Below, one piece after another: positions 1 to 13,367 of a stretch of 64,000 nucleotides of DNA. Each line of letters begins with the position of its first letter. The stretch's first letter is position 1. The notes below the pieces were generated by a model. That model had not been told where the DNA came from, made no database searches, and was given only the letters and a program-made list of their open reading frames with translations. The DNA comes from Eledone cirrhosa. Its lineage: Eukaryota. Position numbers and translations under genes: made by a program. The stretch lies in NCBI GenBank assembly GCA_964016885.1, contig OZ024754.1, positions 28,458,001 to 28,522,000 on the forward strand, read 5' to 3'.

Positions 1-165
1 AAAATTGGCCCTGCCACGCTTTTTGGAACGCTTCAAACGGCATGCTTGCTGCGAACAGCAAGAACCCTCCGATACGTCCTGAATATCTGAGGCTGCAGGT
101 AGTGGCTTGATATTCATTCCAACAAACTTTCCAGTTAACTAACATCAATGACTGAGACTCAAAGA
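1..165 (+). mobile_element. 3' end of an R4/Dong-like (RLE) non-LTR retrotransposon
   Basis: Frame 1 (1-90) reads KIGPATLFGTLQTACLLRTARTLRYVLNI*, resembling the R4-clade C-terminal LQKxxLLGTARIL motif. A short UTR follows and runs into an (AAC)n tract. Confidence 0.55.
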
Positions 166-372
166 ACAACAACACCAACAATACTAACAACAACACCACC
201 ACCACCAACACCAACACCACAACACCACCACCAACACCACAACACCACCACCACCAACACCACCAACACCACCACCAACACCACCAACACCACCAACACC
301 ACCACCAACACCACCAACACCACCAACACCACCAACACCACCACCACCACCACCACCACCACTACTACTATA
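165..372. repeat. (AAC/ACC)n microsatellite
   Basis: Directly visible trinucleotide repeat; it explains the poly-T/V/G ORFs. Confidence 0.95.
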
Positions 373-829
373 CTGTACCAGTAACCATATTAGCTGTACC
401 AGGTTGCCAAGTTGGAGGGTGTCATTCATGGCCGAAAGCCATATAAGATGTTTTAGCAATGAAATAAAAAGAAACTGGCAGAGCATGTCCATAAAAAATA
501 ATAATTAAAAACTGTAAATGTCTTATTAAAAAGAAAAGCATACATGTACCAAAGATAGTATAAGTTAGTTATGCATGATGTTTCATGTCAGTGCAGTGGT
601 GTATATTTTTATTTAATTTGTGTTCTGTGGAAGTTACTTCAGTCAATGCCATGTTTTTGGAATGTAATCAATTTTTCTGGCATCAACTCATTGAGTTTTT
701 CTTTTATTGTTTATTGGGGTGTGGAGGGTGGCTGGTTCCCACTCAAAATTGGTCTGCAGAATTTGATAAAATAATGATGTCATATATTTGTATTTTCAAC
801 TCATAAAAGAAGTACAAGTGTATATATAG

Positions 830-1220
830 GTGTATATATATGTTTGCCTCTATATGTAGATGTAATAGTCATGTGTGTGTGTATGTATGTATAGTGTGTG
901 TATGTGCCTATGCATGTGGGTGTATAGTCATGTGTGTGTGCAGATGCATGTATATACAACATTTTCACAAAATTGGTCTGTAGAATTTGATAAAATATCA
1001 TTTATTAGTATTTTCAATTCATAAAAGAAAATAAGTTGTACATATGTGTGTGTGTGCATATGTATGAATAATTGTGTGTGTTAGTACATGCTTATGGGTG
1101 TATTTGTATATGTATGTATGTGTGTATATATATATAAATATACACATGCATATGGGTGTAAAATTGTTTGTGTGTATGTATGTGGATGTATATTTGTATG
1201 TATGTATGTGTGTCTGTGTG

Positions 1221-1251
<31 letters not shown>

Positions 1252-1410
1252 ATACATTCATGTCTTTCTTTATTTGTGTACATGCATGATGTGTATGTAT
1301 AATTGTGAGTGTTCATATATACATGCATATATGTACATATTTTGTGTGTTGTGTGTGTTTTGTGTATTGTATGTGTGTACTGGGAATGTGTGTACATATG
1401 CATATGTGAA
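830..1410. repeat. Degenerate (TG)/(TA) low-complexity tract
   Basis: Directly visible. Confidence 0.85.
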
Positions 1411-1980
1411 TGTTACCTGTGAAGTTTTTTAACCTGGAGTAATTCAAACCCCCAGCACCATATCTAAAAACACTGTAAAGGCTACAAACATATTAAAAGA
1501 AAAAAAAAAGAACATCATCTCCTTCACAATACCAAAATGCCAGAAACCACCTCAACTTCTATAATACAAAATTGTTTGTTTTAAAATATTCTTAATTAGA
1601 TTTAAACCTTCCAAAACTAATTTAGGTAAGAAAATTTTGTTATGTAATGTTTCAAACACCACTTTAGTATTGAGAAATTTATATTATTAAATCACTCAAA
1701 ATTCTTGATTATTTTCAAAATTATTTGAAAATCATAGTGGACTGATTTTCATTGTCTTTCGTTAGCAATATGGCAATTCCTGGGTTATAGTTATTATATT
1801 CAGCTAAACACATTTCTTCATAATTTTATGTAAGAATTTTTGTTATGTCCCAAACATCAGATAAATAATTAGGAAGTTAGTTACATTACAAAATCCCTCC
1901 AAATTCTTGATTATTTTCCAAATTATTAAGATATCACCAGCAGTGTCTTTCATTAGAAATATATGTTAAAATAGATGCAG

Positions 1981-2185
1981 GGTGGTGGGTTGGCAGTATT
2001 GGACAAAATGCTTTGAGGTATTTATGATTTTTCTACATGCATTCTGAGTTCAAATCCTGCCATAGTCAACTTAGACTAGCATTCTTCCAGGATCGATCAA
2101 ATAATGTACCAGTCAAATACCGAGGTCGAATTAATCAACTTTGCCCGCCTCCTTAATTTGCTGGCCTGTGCCTAAATTAGAAATC
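1981..2185 (+). mobile_element. tRNA-derived SINE family 2 (decayed copy)
   Basis: B-box-like gagttcaaatcc followed by cattcttccaggatcgatcaaataatgtaccagt; shares this body with the copies at 36716, 51628, 53300 and 59863. Confidence 0.7.
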
Positions 2186-3711
2186 GATTAGATAGATCAA
2201 TAGTTTCAGCTGATTTTCACATTGTTTCAGATTTTAATTACAAGGGTTCTACATTTTTTGATGAAGTGTATTTAGAAGCAAGACATTTTTTTCCATTAGT
2301 GTGATTGGAACTCTGGGAAAATATTACTTGAAGGAGGAAATTCTTTTGATATTATTCAAAGTTACATCAGTTGAAAGGTAAACTATATAATAAGGCTTTG
2401 CTTTAAACTTGAAATAAATATAATGGTTGTTTTGCTGCCACACAAGTTCTTTCTCCTGTGTGTTTTAATAGAAGACAGATGGCTTTTGTTTGAAAAACTA
2501 TTTTGTTTCTGTCAGAAAACCCCATGCAACAGTAAATAAATTAGATCAGAGACGATTATATGATATTATACTACTTATGAAAATAAAACTCGATACATTT
2601 CAAAATAAACATTTCTCACAGAACAGTTTTGTTTTAAAGGTAGTCTAGGTAATATTGTATTTTATTTGTTTCCTCTCAGTTTTACCAGATAAATGCAGTT
2701 TGTGTTTCCATAAAAGTAACCTACTGTTTAACACAGTTTAGATGTCAAATATATTTCTAATCTAGTGAGATATGAATAGTAATTAACCCTTTTCATAGTG
2801 AACTGTTTGAAATAGCCAACTGAATCTATGACAAAATACTGTGTATTTTAAAGTGTTTATATTTATGTAAAAACCTATTATAAAGAAGTGGTTGTGATGG
2901 TGACACAGTAAAAAGCATCCAGCCCACACTGTAAAGGTGGTCGTCTAGTTGTCATGACAAAAAACACCTAGTCCACACTGTAAAGTGGTCATGTTGGCGT
3001 CACGACAAAAAGCACTCAGTACTCACTGTAAATGAAGTTGGCATTAGGAAGGGCATCCAGCTGTAGAAACCAAGCCCAAATCAGTTCTGTATGAGCAAGA
3101 CATGGTCACCTGACCTAGCATTGCTTACAACAGGACAACTCATCTAACCCGTGCTAGTGTGGAAAAATGGATGTAAAAGAGTGATAATGATGAATCTTAA
3201 TTTATGCTCCAAACCTCAGATATTAAAGCTCTTCAAATTCTTGATTATTTTAAAATGACTTGAAAATAAAAGGTAATATCTTTGGCAACAAAAGGCTAAC
3301 CCCTTTTAATACCAACCTGCCTGAAACTACAGCTTCTGTCACACAAAATTATTTATTTCAATGGGTTTATATTTATGTAAAAACCTATCATTAATTCTAT
3401 GTATGAACCTTTAAATTATGTTCTATACACCAGATTAAACCTTTTGATTCCAGCATGGCAAACACTAGCTCTGGCTCTATAAAACAAAAACCTTAATTTA
3501 AAGGGTTCTCTAAATTTCTTTCAATTTATAAGATCCAAATGTTGTTACTACTATAGTAATGAAATAATAAATAATTTTAGTAAATCCTTCAAGATTCTTT
3601 GTTAATTAATTGAATAGTGTCTTTCATAAGAAATATGGTCAGAGAGTTAATAATGGTTAATAATTTAGGCAAAAGCCAACATTTTTTTTTAGGGAAGAAG
3701 AAAAGTGGAAA

Positions 3712-3931
3712 CCCTTTAGCATTTAAACCGGCCATATCCGGCCAGAATTCTCTCACCTCTTTCTTTTCGAACTGGCTGTAACCAGCTGCTCATACTGATG
3801 TTAAGGTATTTTTCTCAAATAAATAACATCAAAATTTGGTAAATTCGATATTATGTGAGATAATTATGTTAGATAAATCCTTTACCACAAAAATACTATA
3901 GTAATTATAGAGTAATGTAAATGCTAAAGGG
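3712..3931. mobile_element. piggyBac-like MITE
   Basis: TIRs CCCTTTAGCATTTA / TAAATGCTAAAGGG followed by TTAA. Related fragments occur at about 19090-19280, 49900-49978 and 61470-61515. Confidence 0.7.
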
Positions 3932-4547
3932 TTAAATTGGCCCCAGTACTTGATTGTTTTTTAAATTTTATTGGTCCTGGAAGGATGACAGGCAAATTTG
4001 CGCTTGACAGGATTAAACTCAGAAGAAAAGGGCCTTAACTAAATGTCACAAAGCATTTTGTCTGATTCCCTAAGAATTCTGTTAATCTGCTGCCCTTATG
4101 AAATAATTAATAATGAGTAAATATTTCCAAATGCTTAATTATTTTCAAAATTATTTGGAAATTGTAGGCAGTGTCTTTCATTAGAAATATGGTTATGAAA
4201 GAGTAAAGAACATAAACATTCCCTTTGTGTAACAAGTCAGATCAGATGACCTTGTCTTGCTCACACAGAACCACTTCTGGCTTGGTTTCTACATCTGGAT
4301 GGCCTTCTTAAGGCCAACCATATTTACAGTGTAGACTGAGTGCTTTTTGTTGTGACATTAGATTGGCACTAAATCTAAAGCCATACTGTTTTTTTCTTTT
4401 TGCTAAGTGTTTAACATCTATTTTACCACGCTGGCATGGATTGAACTAGTTGTCACGTTTGAGGCAAGTTGGGTCAGGTGACTGTCTTGCTCACAGAGAA
4501 CTGTTTCTGGCTTGGTTTCTGTGGCTGGAGGCCCTTCATAACATTTA

Positions 4548-5767
4548 TCTATATATATATACAAAACAGAGGATGTCTGTCTGTCTGTCTCTGTCTGTCT
4601 GTCTGTGTAAATCCCTAAAACTCGAGAAGTACCCGACCGATTTTTTTTCAAACTTTACTCATGCATTACTTATATTTCTTGAAGTGCAATTTTAACTTTT
4701 TCTGTCCTAGGGCCCACATTAACTGAAAAACCGCATTTTAAATGTATTTTTAGGCTTTTTTGAGGTGTAACTTAAAGATAATCCAGCCGATTTCCTCGAA
4801 ATTTGCAGCACACATTAGTTAGTCCCCTCGCATTGCTGTGGACAAAACAATTTCCGATTCCATTAATAGTTTCTAGATAATTTACGAATTAGCATTGAGC
4901 ATTACATGCCATTTTCATTTTAAATATAAACGCTACTTAAACATCGTAAGTAGCGTATAATATTTTGTTAAAAATTTGGTTTATTTAACAGAGGACACGA
5001 CATTTACTTACTTTTAAGCAGGACCATTTTCGGGGGATTGAGGAAATGAGGAGGACCTTAAAATTTTTGTCAGCGCCCTGTTGACACTTCGTGCTTTCAT
5101 CACACACAAATCCGGGCTCTGTGTACGTTGCCTTGTTATTGACACCATAAAACTCACGTCTGTGCTACTTCTACTAAGACCCCTTTTGTTGCACCTACAC
5201 CGCAGTATGAATGCTCAGCGCAAGTATGCCAAACAGCAGTTGTGCTAATTCCGCGGTGACCCCTTTTGTTGCACCTTTGTTGCTGTGTAAAAGCAGTGCA
5301 ACCAGTGCCACCCAGCATTTGTGCTAATTGTACTATCACCCCCATCTGCTGCAGCTGCGTTGCCACGTTGATTTTGTTATCCCAATATCCCTACTTAAAT
5401 GTACATCCCTACTTGGTTTTCACACAATTGACTACATCACTCCTTCAGATGATGTCTGTCCTGATGACTGGGTGCGAATCTATAAAACTCGAAAAGTATC
5501 TAACTGATTTTCTCCAAAAGGAAGAAAATCATACTCTAAGATTTAGTACGCTTAAAGAGTATCCAGCTGATTTTCTTCAGATTTTGCACATGCATGCAGA
5601 TGTTTCATGATTCGGGCCTGCTGGTGTTCTACGTTTCCAGTAGATGAACAATCATTCTCTGAGAATAAGGGAATTCAAAAAGTACACAGCTATATTCCTC
5701 AATCTTTGCATATGCATGCTGCTATTTCACGTTTCCTACCCCGTGCAACACCAGGTCCAGCTGCTAG
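4548..5767 (+). mobile_element. Non-autonomous Helitron
   Basis: Starts A|TCTATATAT, has (TCTG)n near the 5' end, and ends with a degenerate hairpin (cccgtgcaacaccagg) followed by CTAG|T. No TSD. Confidence 0.7.
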
Positions 5768-6499
5768 TATTTATATAAAAACCTTCCATCATAATTTTAT
5801 GTAAAAACATTTATGTTTCAAACACCAGCTTAATAATAAGAAAGTTATTAAATCCCACTAAATTCTAGATTATTTTCTATGTGGCATCTGATCTGGGAAT
5901 CGAATCTATGAACTTATGATTGTGTGTCCGACACTGTAACCACTAGATTGTTTGCCTTCAACTATATACATGGAGGCGAAATGATTTACTATGAATTCAA
6001 GCTATTGATTTTAAATCTATACAACTGAGTGCAATGTTTACTAAAGAGTACTCAGTTCATATAAATAACCAAGAAGTGATAGAAAAGCTATGTTACCGAG
6101 GCAACCTAATTAATGATGGCTGGTCCAGTAGTAGTTGTAGCAGTAAAGGATATCTCAAGGTTCAATAATGCTTTGGTTACACAAGAATTTCCCTTTTGTG
6201 GATGAAATGTGGGCTGTATATTATATTTTACTCTATTATAATGAAGTGAATAGACTGGAAACCTGAGAAGATAGCAAAGCTTTTTATGAATTGAAGAGAT
6301 TAAATTACCTATGATGCCTACTAGCTAGGAATGAGGAGACAATAAAGTTGGTAAGGATATGATGTGCGAATGAAAGGAATAGGAGATTTTTAGTAAAGAA
6401 GCTTATAAATTGCCATTGTTAGCAATGGTAATATATACCAACAACATATTTTTTTTTATGACATAGCTAGTTAAATAGTTATGATTTTTTTTTTACCTT

Positions 6500-6986
6500 T
6501 CATTTTGGAGTATCTGATTTCATTTCATGGGTGATGAGTATGGAGCATCAAAGATATGGGTAATGAATGTAGAGCAGCAGAAAATACTGGAAAGAATGAA
6601 AATGAGAATGATCCGGTGGATGAGTGCAGTATTACTGAGAGAGAGAGGAAGACAAGCAATAAACTGCAGAGTAGTGATGGGAATAGAACCAATGATGAAT
6701 ATTGGGAAGAGAAATGAAGTGACATGGTTGGGTCATGTGTTGAGGAAGGATGAAATTGACTGGGTGGTGGGAATAGAGCCAGTGATAAATATTGTGAGGA
6801 AAAACAGAATAAGATGGCTGGGTCATGTGTTGAAGAAGGATAGAAGTGACTGGGTTATGTTTTGAAGATAGATAAAAGTAGCTGGGTAATTGATGGAAAT
6901 GAATGTGGGAGGAAGTAGAGGAAGATCAAGAAAGATATGGTTAAGATGGAGGAGAAAATAATTAAAGTTAATGTGGGGGTGGGTGG
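6500..6986 (+). mobile_element. Old RTE LINE 3' fragment
   Basis: The ORF reads MIRWM...RIRWLGHVL (twice) and is followed by a GR.R.RK.W-like segment, typical of the RTE C-terminus. Confidence 0.7.
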
Positions 6987-7762
6987 AAGGACTGGATTTA
7001 ATGGGGGCCAAAGGGGAGTAATTGTTTTGAGGCCCCTGCAGTGAGAGCTCCCAGCAGTGATAGCTATAGCAATATATTTGTGCCCTCAGCTTGGCTTTTA
7101 GTTTTAGGGTGGTTAGAATTTTTGTATAACTTTTTAATTCTAATTATTTGTGCAAAGCTAACTTTGATATTTAGAATTGGGGGTGTAGTACTATTCTATC
7201 GCTGTGGCGTAATTTGGTCGTACTTAGTCAGTCGCCATCCCTGTAGGGTTGGTGACATATGAATACCAATGACCATTTCCACCCAGCAGTAGAACGCACC
7301 TTTTGCAAAACTAACTGTTAGTTGTGTATTGGACGTTGGTAGTGCAACAGCTCTTAACTAGCTTTCCCACAGTTTTTGATTTTTCCCTCTAACATTGAGA
7401 GTAGTTTGTTAGACGGCTTTTCAGGGATTTACCATTTATCCATCAACTTTGTTTTACCAAATAGTCCAATCCCTAACAGTAATTAAGGATAAATTAGTGC
7501 CTGTCTCACTAATACTTTGTTCATGTGCCAATCGGGAAAATAAATTATTTTTGTATAAAAACTACGCCTTCTGATCTATACTTTTTGAACCATTGGAACA
7601 CTTTTTCTACATCTCCATCTTCCTAAAGTGGTAATCTTCCTAAAAGGTGATAATGACCACTAAAGTGGGGTTTGCTGTGTATTCTAATTTTTTGTTTATG
7701 AGGGCTCCCTCCCCACAAATCTGAAGTGTCCCCGGGCTCCCCACGGTCTAAATCCAATCCTG
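6987..7762. mobile_element. hAT-like MITE
   Basis: TIRs (c)AGGACTGGATTTA / TAAATCCAATCCTG with subterminal GGGCC/GGCCCC motifs. A TSD is not clearly retained. Confidence 0.55.
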
Positions 7763-8985
7763 GGTTAGGGGGTTGCAGAGGATGGGGCAAAATCAAGAAC
7801 CTTGTGATGGGGCTCCACTAAATTAACACTTGCTTTAAGGCACTTATTGATGACTGATATATATGTATTACTTCAATAGATATCTATATTCTGCTGGACA
7901 CTGTTTTCTGTGTATATTCTCTATTATATCTTGATGATTGGTGAATATAAAACAACAAAACAATGCTCATTCAAAGCACTGCAACAATAACAGCAACAAA
8001 TGTGTTTAAAGTCTTTCATAAAACAATGTTTCATACAAAACATGAGGTCCTTTTTGTGGTAATGTTTTATAGCCAGATGTTGTCCTTCAGCTTACAATAT
8101 TGTTTTTCTGTCTTTGGTAGTAATTTCAAACCGATTTAAAAAATGTAACTTGTTTTTTTTTTTTTCAAGATTTCTTTTTATGAATTTGTAGGTGTATTTA
8201 TAAAGATGTCCGTGTGGTGGTAGTTATTATGAATGTGTATTCATAAAAAAAGTGTGTGTGTGATGGTAGTAGTTACTATGAATGTGTAAAGGAGGTGTTT
8301 ATAAATTGTTTGTGTGTTGCAGTGGTTGTGGTTAACATGACTGTGTTTGGGTGGTTGTAGTTTTATATGAATATGGTGGTATATATATATATATTTATAT
8401 ATATATATATATATATATAAACATGTTTATATATACATGCTTCTGTCTTTAAGATGTCATTGTATATACTTTTCAAATTAATTCACTAAATTCTATGACA
8501 TGTTTTGGTATCTGCTCATAAATAATATGATTTAATGAAGCAAACTCATCATTATTCTGAAGAACTAATAAGTTTTTTCTACAACATTATTAAATTATAG
8601 TTTTGGTATTGTATATCCTTTAATAACCACCTTCATGCATTAATAACAGTGTGGCTGGTGTTGCTTTTGCTTATTAGACAAACTTCTTTCTTCTCGTTAA
8701 ATCGTGTAGTTTTTTTTTTGTCTTGTCTTCATTTTCTTTGGAACTAAATGAAATAATTCAGTATATACACATATATGCATATATATATAAACACATGCAT
8801 ACATACACATATTATATATACACACACACACACATAAATAAATATATGTATACACACTCGCATACACATTCATATAAAACTACAAAACCGTCTAACTCAT
8901 GCTAGCGTGGAAGATGGACGTTAAACGATGATGATGATTATATATATATATATAAAGACCAACATCCGAAGAGGATTTGATAAGG

Positions 8986-9016
<31 letters not shown>

Positions 9017-9600
9017 AAGTATATATAAACCCGTAGAGCAAACTTGCTGTAGACAACTCTGTCAGAGCAGTAATTTCTTTCACACTCACAGAGGGCGATC
9101 AAATTTTATCTCTCTGTCTCTCCATAATTCAAGGTCTGCTGATGTTGCAAGTTGCACTTGTCAAAGCTTACTGCATTAGCAGAAACCCTGGATCTAGATA
9201 TACAAGGGCAAGTGCCACATTATGAATATACACATTGTTTGCGCGATACAAGTTCAAACCATATCTTATTGAGGGTTTATGGGTTTATGGCTAATACTAT
9301 AACCCTGTCTATATATATATATATATATATATATAAGACAGTGGGGTACTGTCAGTTATAAACACTGTCAGATATAGTATACACTGACATCACATATCCA
9401 GTGGTGTGTATATAGATATATTTGTCAGTTCTCTGTAGTGAAATATTTTCAGTTGAAGTGATATCTGTAACCTTTCCAAGCAACAGGCATGGAAGGAAAC
9501 ATTTTAGAAATAGTTTTTCACCTGTTTTTTGTAAATCTTTTTTTTAACAAGCACACCTCTTTCTTCACTTAATTTTTGAATTGTAAAGGAAATGCCATGT

Positions 9601-9763
9601 TGCACACACAATCACACCATCTCACACACACAATCACACCATCTCACACACACAATCACACCATCTCACACACACAATCACACCATCTCACACACACAAT
9701 CACACCATCTCACACACACAATCACACCATCTCACACACACAATCACACCATCCCACACACAA

Positions 9764-9854
<91 letters not shown>

Positions 9855-10145
9855 ATCTCACACACACACACACAATCACACCATCACACACACACATACA
9901 CACACATACAGTCATTCATACACACTTTCTCAGACAGACACATAGAGCCACATACATACACACACTGGTAGTCACACACACAGACACACATGTGCAGAGA
10001 CTCACACACACAGTCACACACAGGCATGTATGCATAGACACACATACTTACACTGACACTCATTCACTCAGTCACACAAACTGACACACACACACACCAT
10101 CACTAACATGTACACTTACAGACATGCCTGCATGGACACTCACAT
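9601..10145. repeat. CA-rich minisatellite/microsatellite
   Basis: Repeats of cacacaatcacaccatctcaca grading into pure (CA)n. Confidence 0.9.
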
Positions 10146-10970
10146 AGACACTCATACACTGATACATGCAATGTGATCGCCTGTGGTAATATTCATTGTC
10201 CTTGACCCCCCACCCCTCCTTACCAATGGTTGATCAAAGACGAAGGGATCTGCCTTTGGCATTTTAAGATATTTTTCAGGCCTGAAGGACTGAGATAAAG
10301 TTAACGAGATTAATTTTTTTATTAAAGTTTTTAACCATCTTCAACCTTTTCCCTTCCAAGGATCATTTGTATTTAAATTAATTTTCCCATGTCCCCTAGC
10401 TGCTGTCATTAATCCCTTCACATTTTGTTATACACTGAGAATAACACTAAAAAATGAGATATGCTTATACATATAGAAGAATGGATACCCAGTATTGTGT
10501 GTATATTGTGTTTTTAAAATTTTTTAACATGGCTCAGATTGGGAAAAACATGAATTTTACAGTTCACACCTATGTGGGTTTAGCTGGCCTTGAATGAGGT
10601 TGAATCTCATAGGAGGTTCTTAGGATAATTATTCTAGCATGGAAAACAATGTGAAATGAGGCATCTTGCTCAAGAACACAACATACCATCAAGTCCAGAA
10701 ATCAAACCCACAAACTTATCATTGTAAGTCCAATACTTTAACCAAAAGGCAACATACCTTCTAGAGGGATGAAAATCTAACAACAGAGTTTATTAGCAGA
10801 AAACATTTAGTATTACAGAGACTCTGAAAAGGGTTCCAATTTTTTCTTTTTGCTGTACCATAATGGAGGGAAAGGGGGCTCTCATGATCCTTTCCAGGGA
10901 CCCCAAGATTTGTAGGAAGGAAGATAGGACTAGGAAAGTATCCTCAGATCAGAGATATGGTTTGATTACT

Positions 10971-11170
10971 TACGAGGGTTGATTACTTACGATGGTTTGA
11001 TTACTTACGAGAAGTTCATAGGTTAACCACGATACTCTCATGCAATGACCAAATGAGGTTTATTTTTCAACATAGTCCCTGAAAATAAGCAATGCAGTTA
11101 TTAATAAAAATAGTTGAAATTAATGCATGCAAGATTTCAGTTCTAGCATCACTCCTTCATAGTCAGCCTA
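10971..11170. mobile_element. Mariner-type MITE, damaged copy
   Basis: Begins TACGAGGG and its internal sequence matches the element at 57725-57920. Confidence 0.65.
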
Positions 11171-12059
11171 CTCTTGTGCAACAAAGTTATCTCTTCTAAG
11201 AGCACCCAAGGGCCTGGTGGTAGTGGTGTTAAACTACATAGATGATGTTTACTTCACACATATAAACTTTCAAGGATAGTCCCATTTGCTATGGTTTTAG
11301 GCAAGTGTCATTTACCGTAGCCTAGGAGTAACTCAAGACTTGTGAGTGAGTTTAGGTAGATTAAACATTTTGGAAGCCTATTAGATAGATTGTAATTGTT
11401 ACACACACTGTGTTATGCTGAATCTCCCTGACAATTATGTTAAAGGTGCACAATATGTGTGAAATACTCAGCTACTTACATGTTCTGACAGTTATTTTAC
11501 TAAACCCTTCTAAATTCTTGATAATTTTCTTTAAAAGAATGGTAATGAATGGGGTAAGCTGGTTTTCGGAACATAATGTATAGGTTCTTACACAAAAGTA
11601 TAACAGAAAGATTTAGATAAATATAAGCACTTAAAAACAAAATTTTATTTCATGGGTGGAGGAGGGAGGTGTAATTTTGGGTGTGTTGATTTAAAAACGG
11701 CTTAAAGAATTATCTGCATTTCACATTCTTCCATGTGTTGTATGCCTGGAAATTTGTTTAAGATTTTTATAAGATTTATCATATCTTCTAAACACTAATT
11801 ACTGTTTCAAATAATTTGATGATATTTTCTACAATTTCGTTTTGTCTAGGAGCATAACCAATTTATTGTAGGAACGGTTTGGAATTGATAAAGAATACCT
11901 TCTTTCACTGATTCTGTTATCTCTTTCTTCTTGTCATCTTATCTGACTGGGATCATTTCTTTACCTCATTCTTATCCAAGTAAAATTAACATTTTGCCTC
12001 TATTTTATTTTCATTTCACATTTATATTTGTTATTCATATTTATGTTGTATTTATTTGT

Positions 12060-12119
<60 letters not shown>

Positions 12120-12120
<1 letters not shown>

Positions 12121-12263
12121 ATATGTGGTTGACGGCTGAGAGAAAGGAGTACTTAATACCGAAGTAGAGTTTTAATATTCAATATTATTAAGGCTAAAAA
12201 GTGAGTCTTGTTACTCTGGAGTTTTGCCTGTTTAAAAAAGACTCACTTTTTAGCCTTAATAAT

Positions 12264-12270
<7 letters not shown>
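12120..12270. mobile_element. Penelope-like pLTR fragment with short inverted repeat
   Basis: Same family as 36102-36300 (catatgtggttgacggctgagagaaagg...gtgagtcttgttactctgga); flanked by (TA)n. Confidence 0.6.
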
Positions 12271-12313
<43 letters not shown>

Positions 12314-12491
12314 ACATAAACAGAGAAAGTCTTAAGCCATACTCTGACCAACTCCATCTCACTCAACAAACATTAGGATATATCTAAGTATTTTCCCAAT
12401 TTAGTGTTTGGGGTGCTAACTAATCAGTATTACGTGGATAGCTGGTTGTATTATTTTATATGAGACATTATTAAATAAATATCTCTTTCAT

Positions 12492-12615
12492 TCCAGACGG
12501 ACGTTTCGTTATAAGATTTCTACAATTTGGGATAAGTAATTTCCAGGTTATGTAGAAACTTGTATATAATCCATAGTTTTATACACAAGCGGGCTCTTAT
12601 AAACTCATCAGTGGA
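12492..12615 (-). ncRNA. Type I hammerhead ribozyme with branched, extended stem II
   Basis: The minus strand reads TCCA-CTGATGA-GTTTATAAGA...TCTTATAAC-GAAA-CGTCCG-TC-TGGA. The core is intact and the cleavage triplet is GUC. Confidence 0.8.
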
Positions 12616-12619
12616 TGCC

Positions 12620-12656
<37 letters not shown>

Positions 12657-12662
<6 letters not shown>

Positions 12663-13367
12663 TAATATATATGATAAACACAAAACGTGTTTGCATTGTA
12701 ACAGACAAAGTTAGCTATTAATGAAATAAACTAATTAAAGTGAATACAATTTGTCTGTCTCGATATAAGTCAATAAAGACAAGCTTATATTGGCAAAGGC
12801 CGTGATTCCTGGACAAATCTAAATTTCAAAATCCAAACCCGCTCCATAGATGAATTTGAACCTCAAAACCTAAATATGTTTCGCAACGATGGTACATGAA
12901 TTGAAAAATAAAGAGAATCGAAATGGAATTGAAATAAAAAGTGAAATATCCAAATCTTCTGTGCTTATCAATCAGTTTGTCCTGGCTACACACGTGTAGT
13001 CAGACCTGCAAAATTTTTGATGGTGGAATGTACTAATTTTACTGGGTTCCTGTTGATAAGCACAGAAGATTTGGATATTTCACTTTTTATTTCAATTCCA
13101 TTTCGATTCTCTTTATTTTTCAATTCATGTACCATCGTTGCGAAACATATTTAGGTTTTGAGGTTCAAATTCATCTATGGAGCGGGTTTGGATTTTGAAA
13201 TTTAGATTTGTCCAGGAATCACGGCCTTTGCCAATATAAGCTTGTCTTTATTGACTTATATCGAGACAGACAAATTGTATTCACTTTAATTAGTTTATTT
13301 CATTAATAGCTAACTTTGTCTGTTACAATGCAAACACGTTTTGTGTTTATCATATATATTAATGTAT
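12657..13367. repeat. Long inverted repeat (315-bp arms, 81-nt spacer)
   Basis: 12657-12971 is the reverse complement of 13053-13367; no mismatch found on inspection. Confidence 0.95.
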
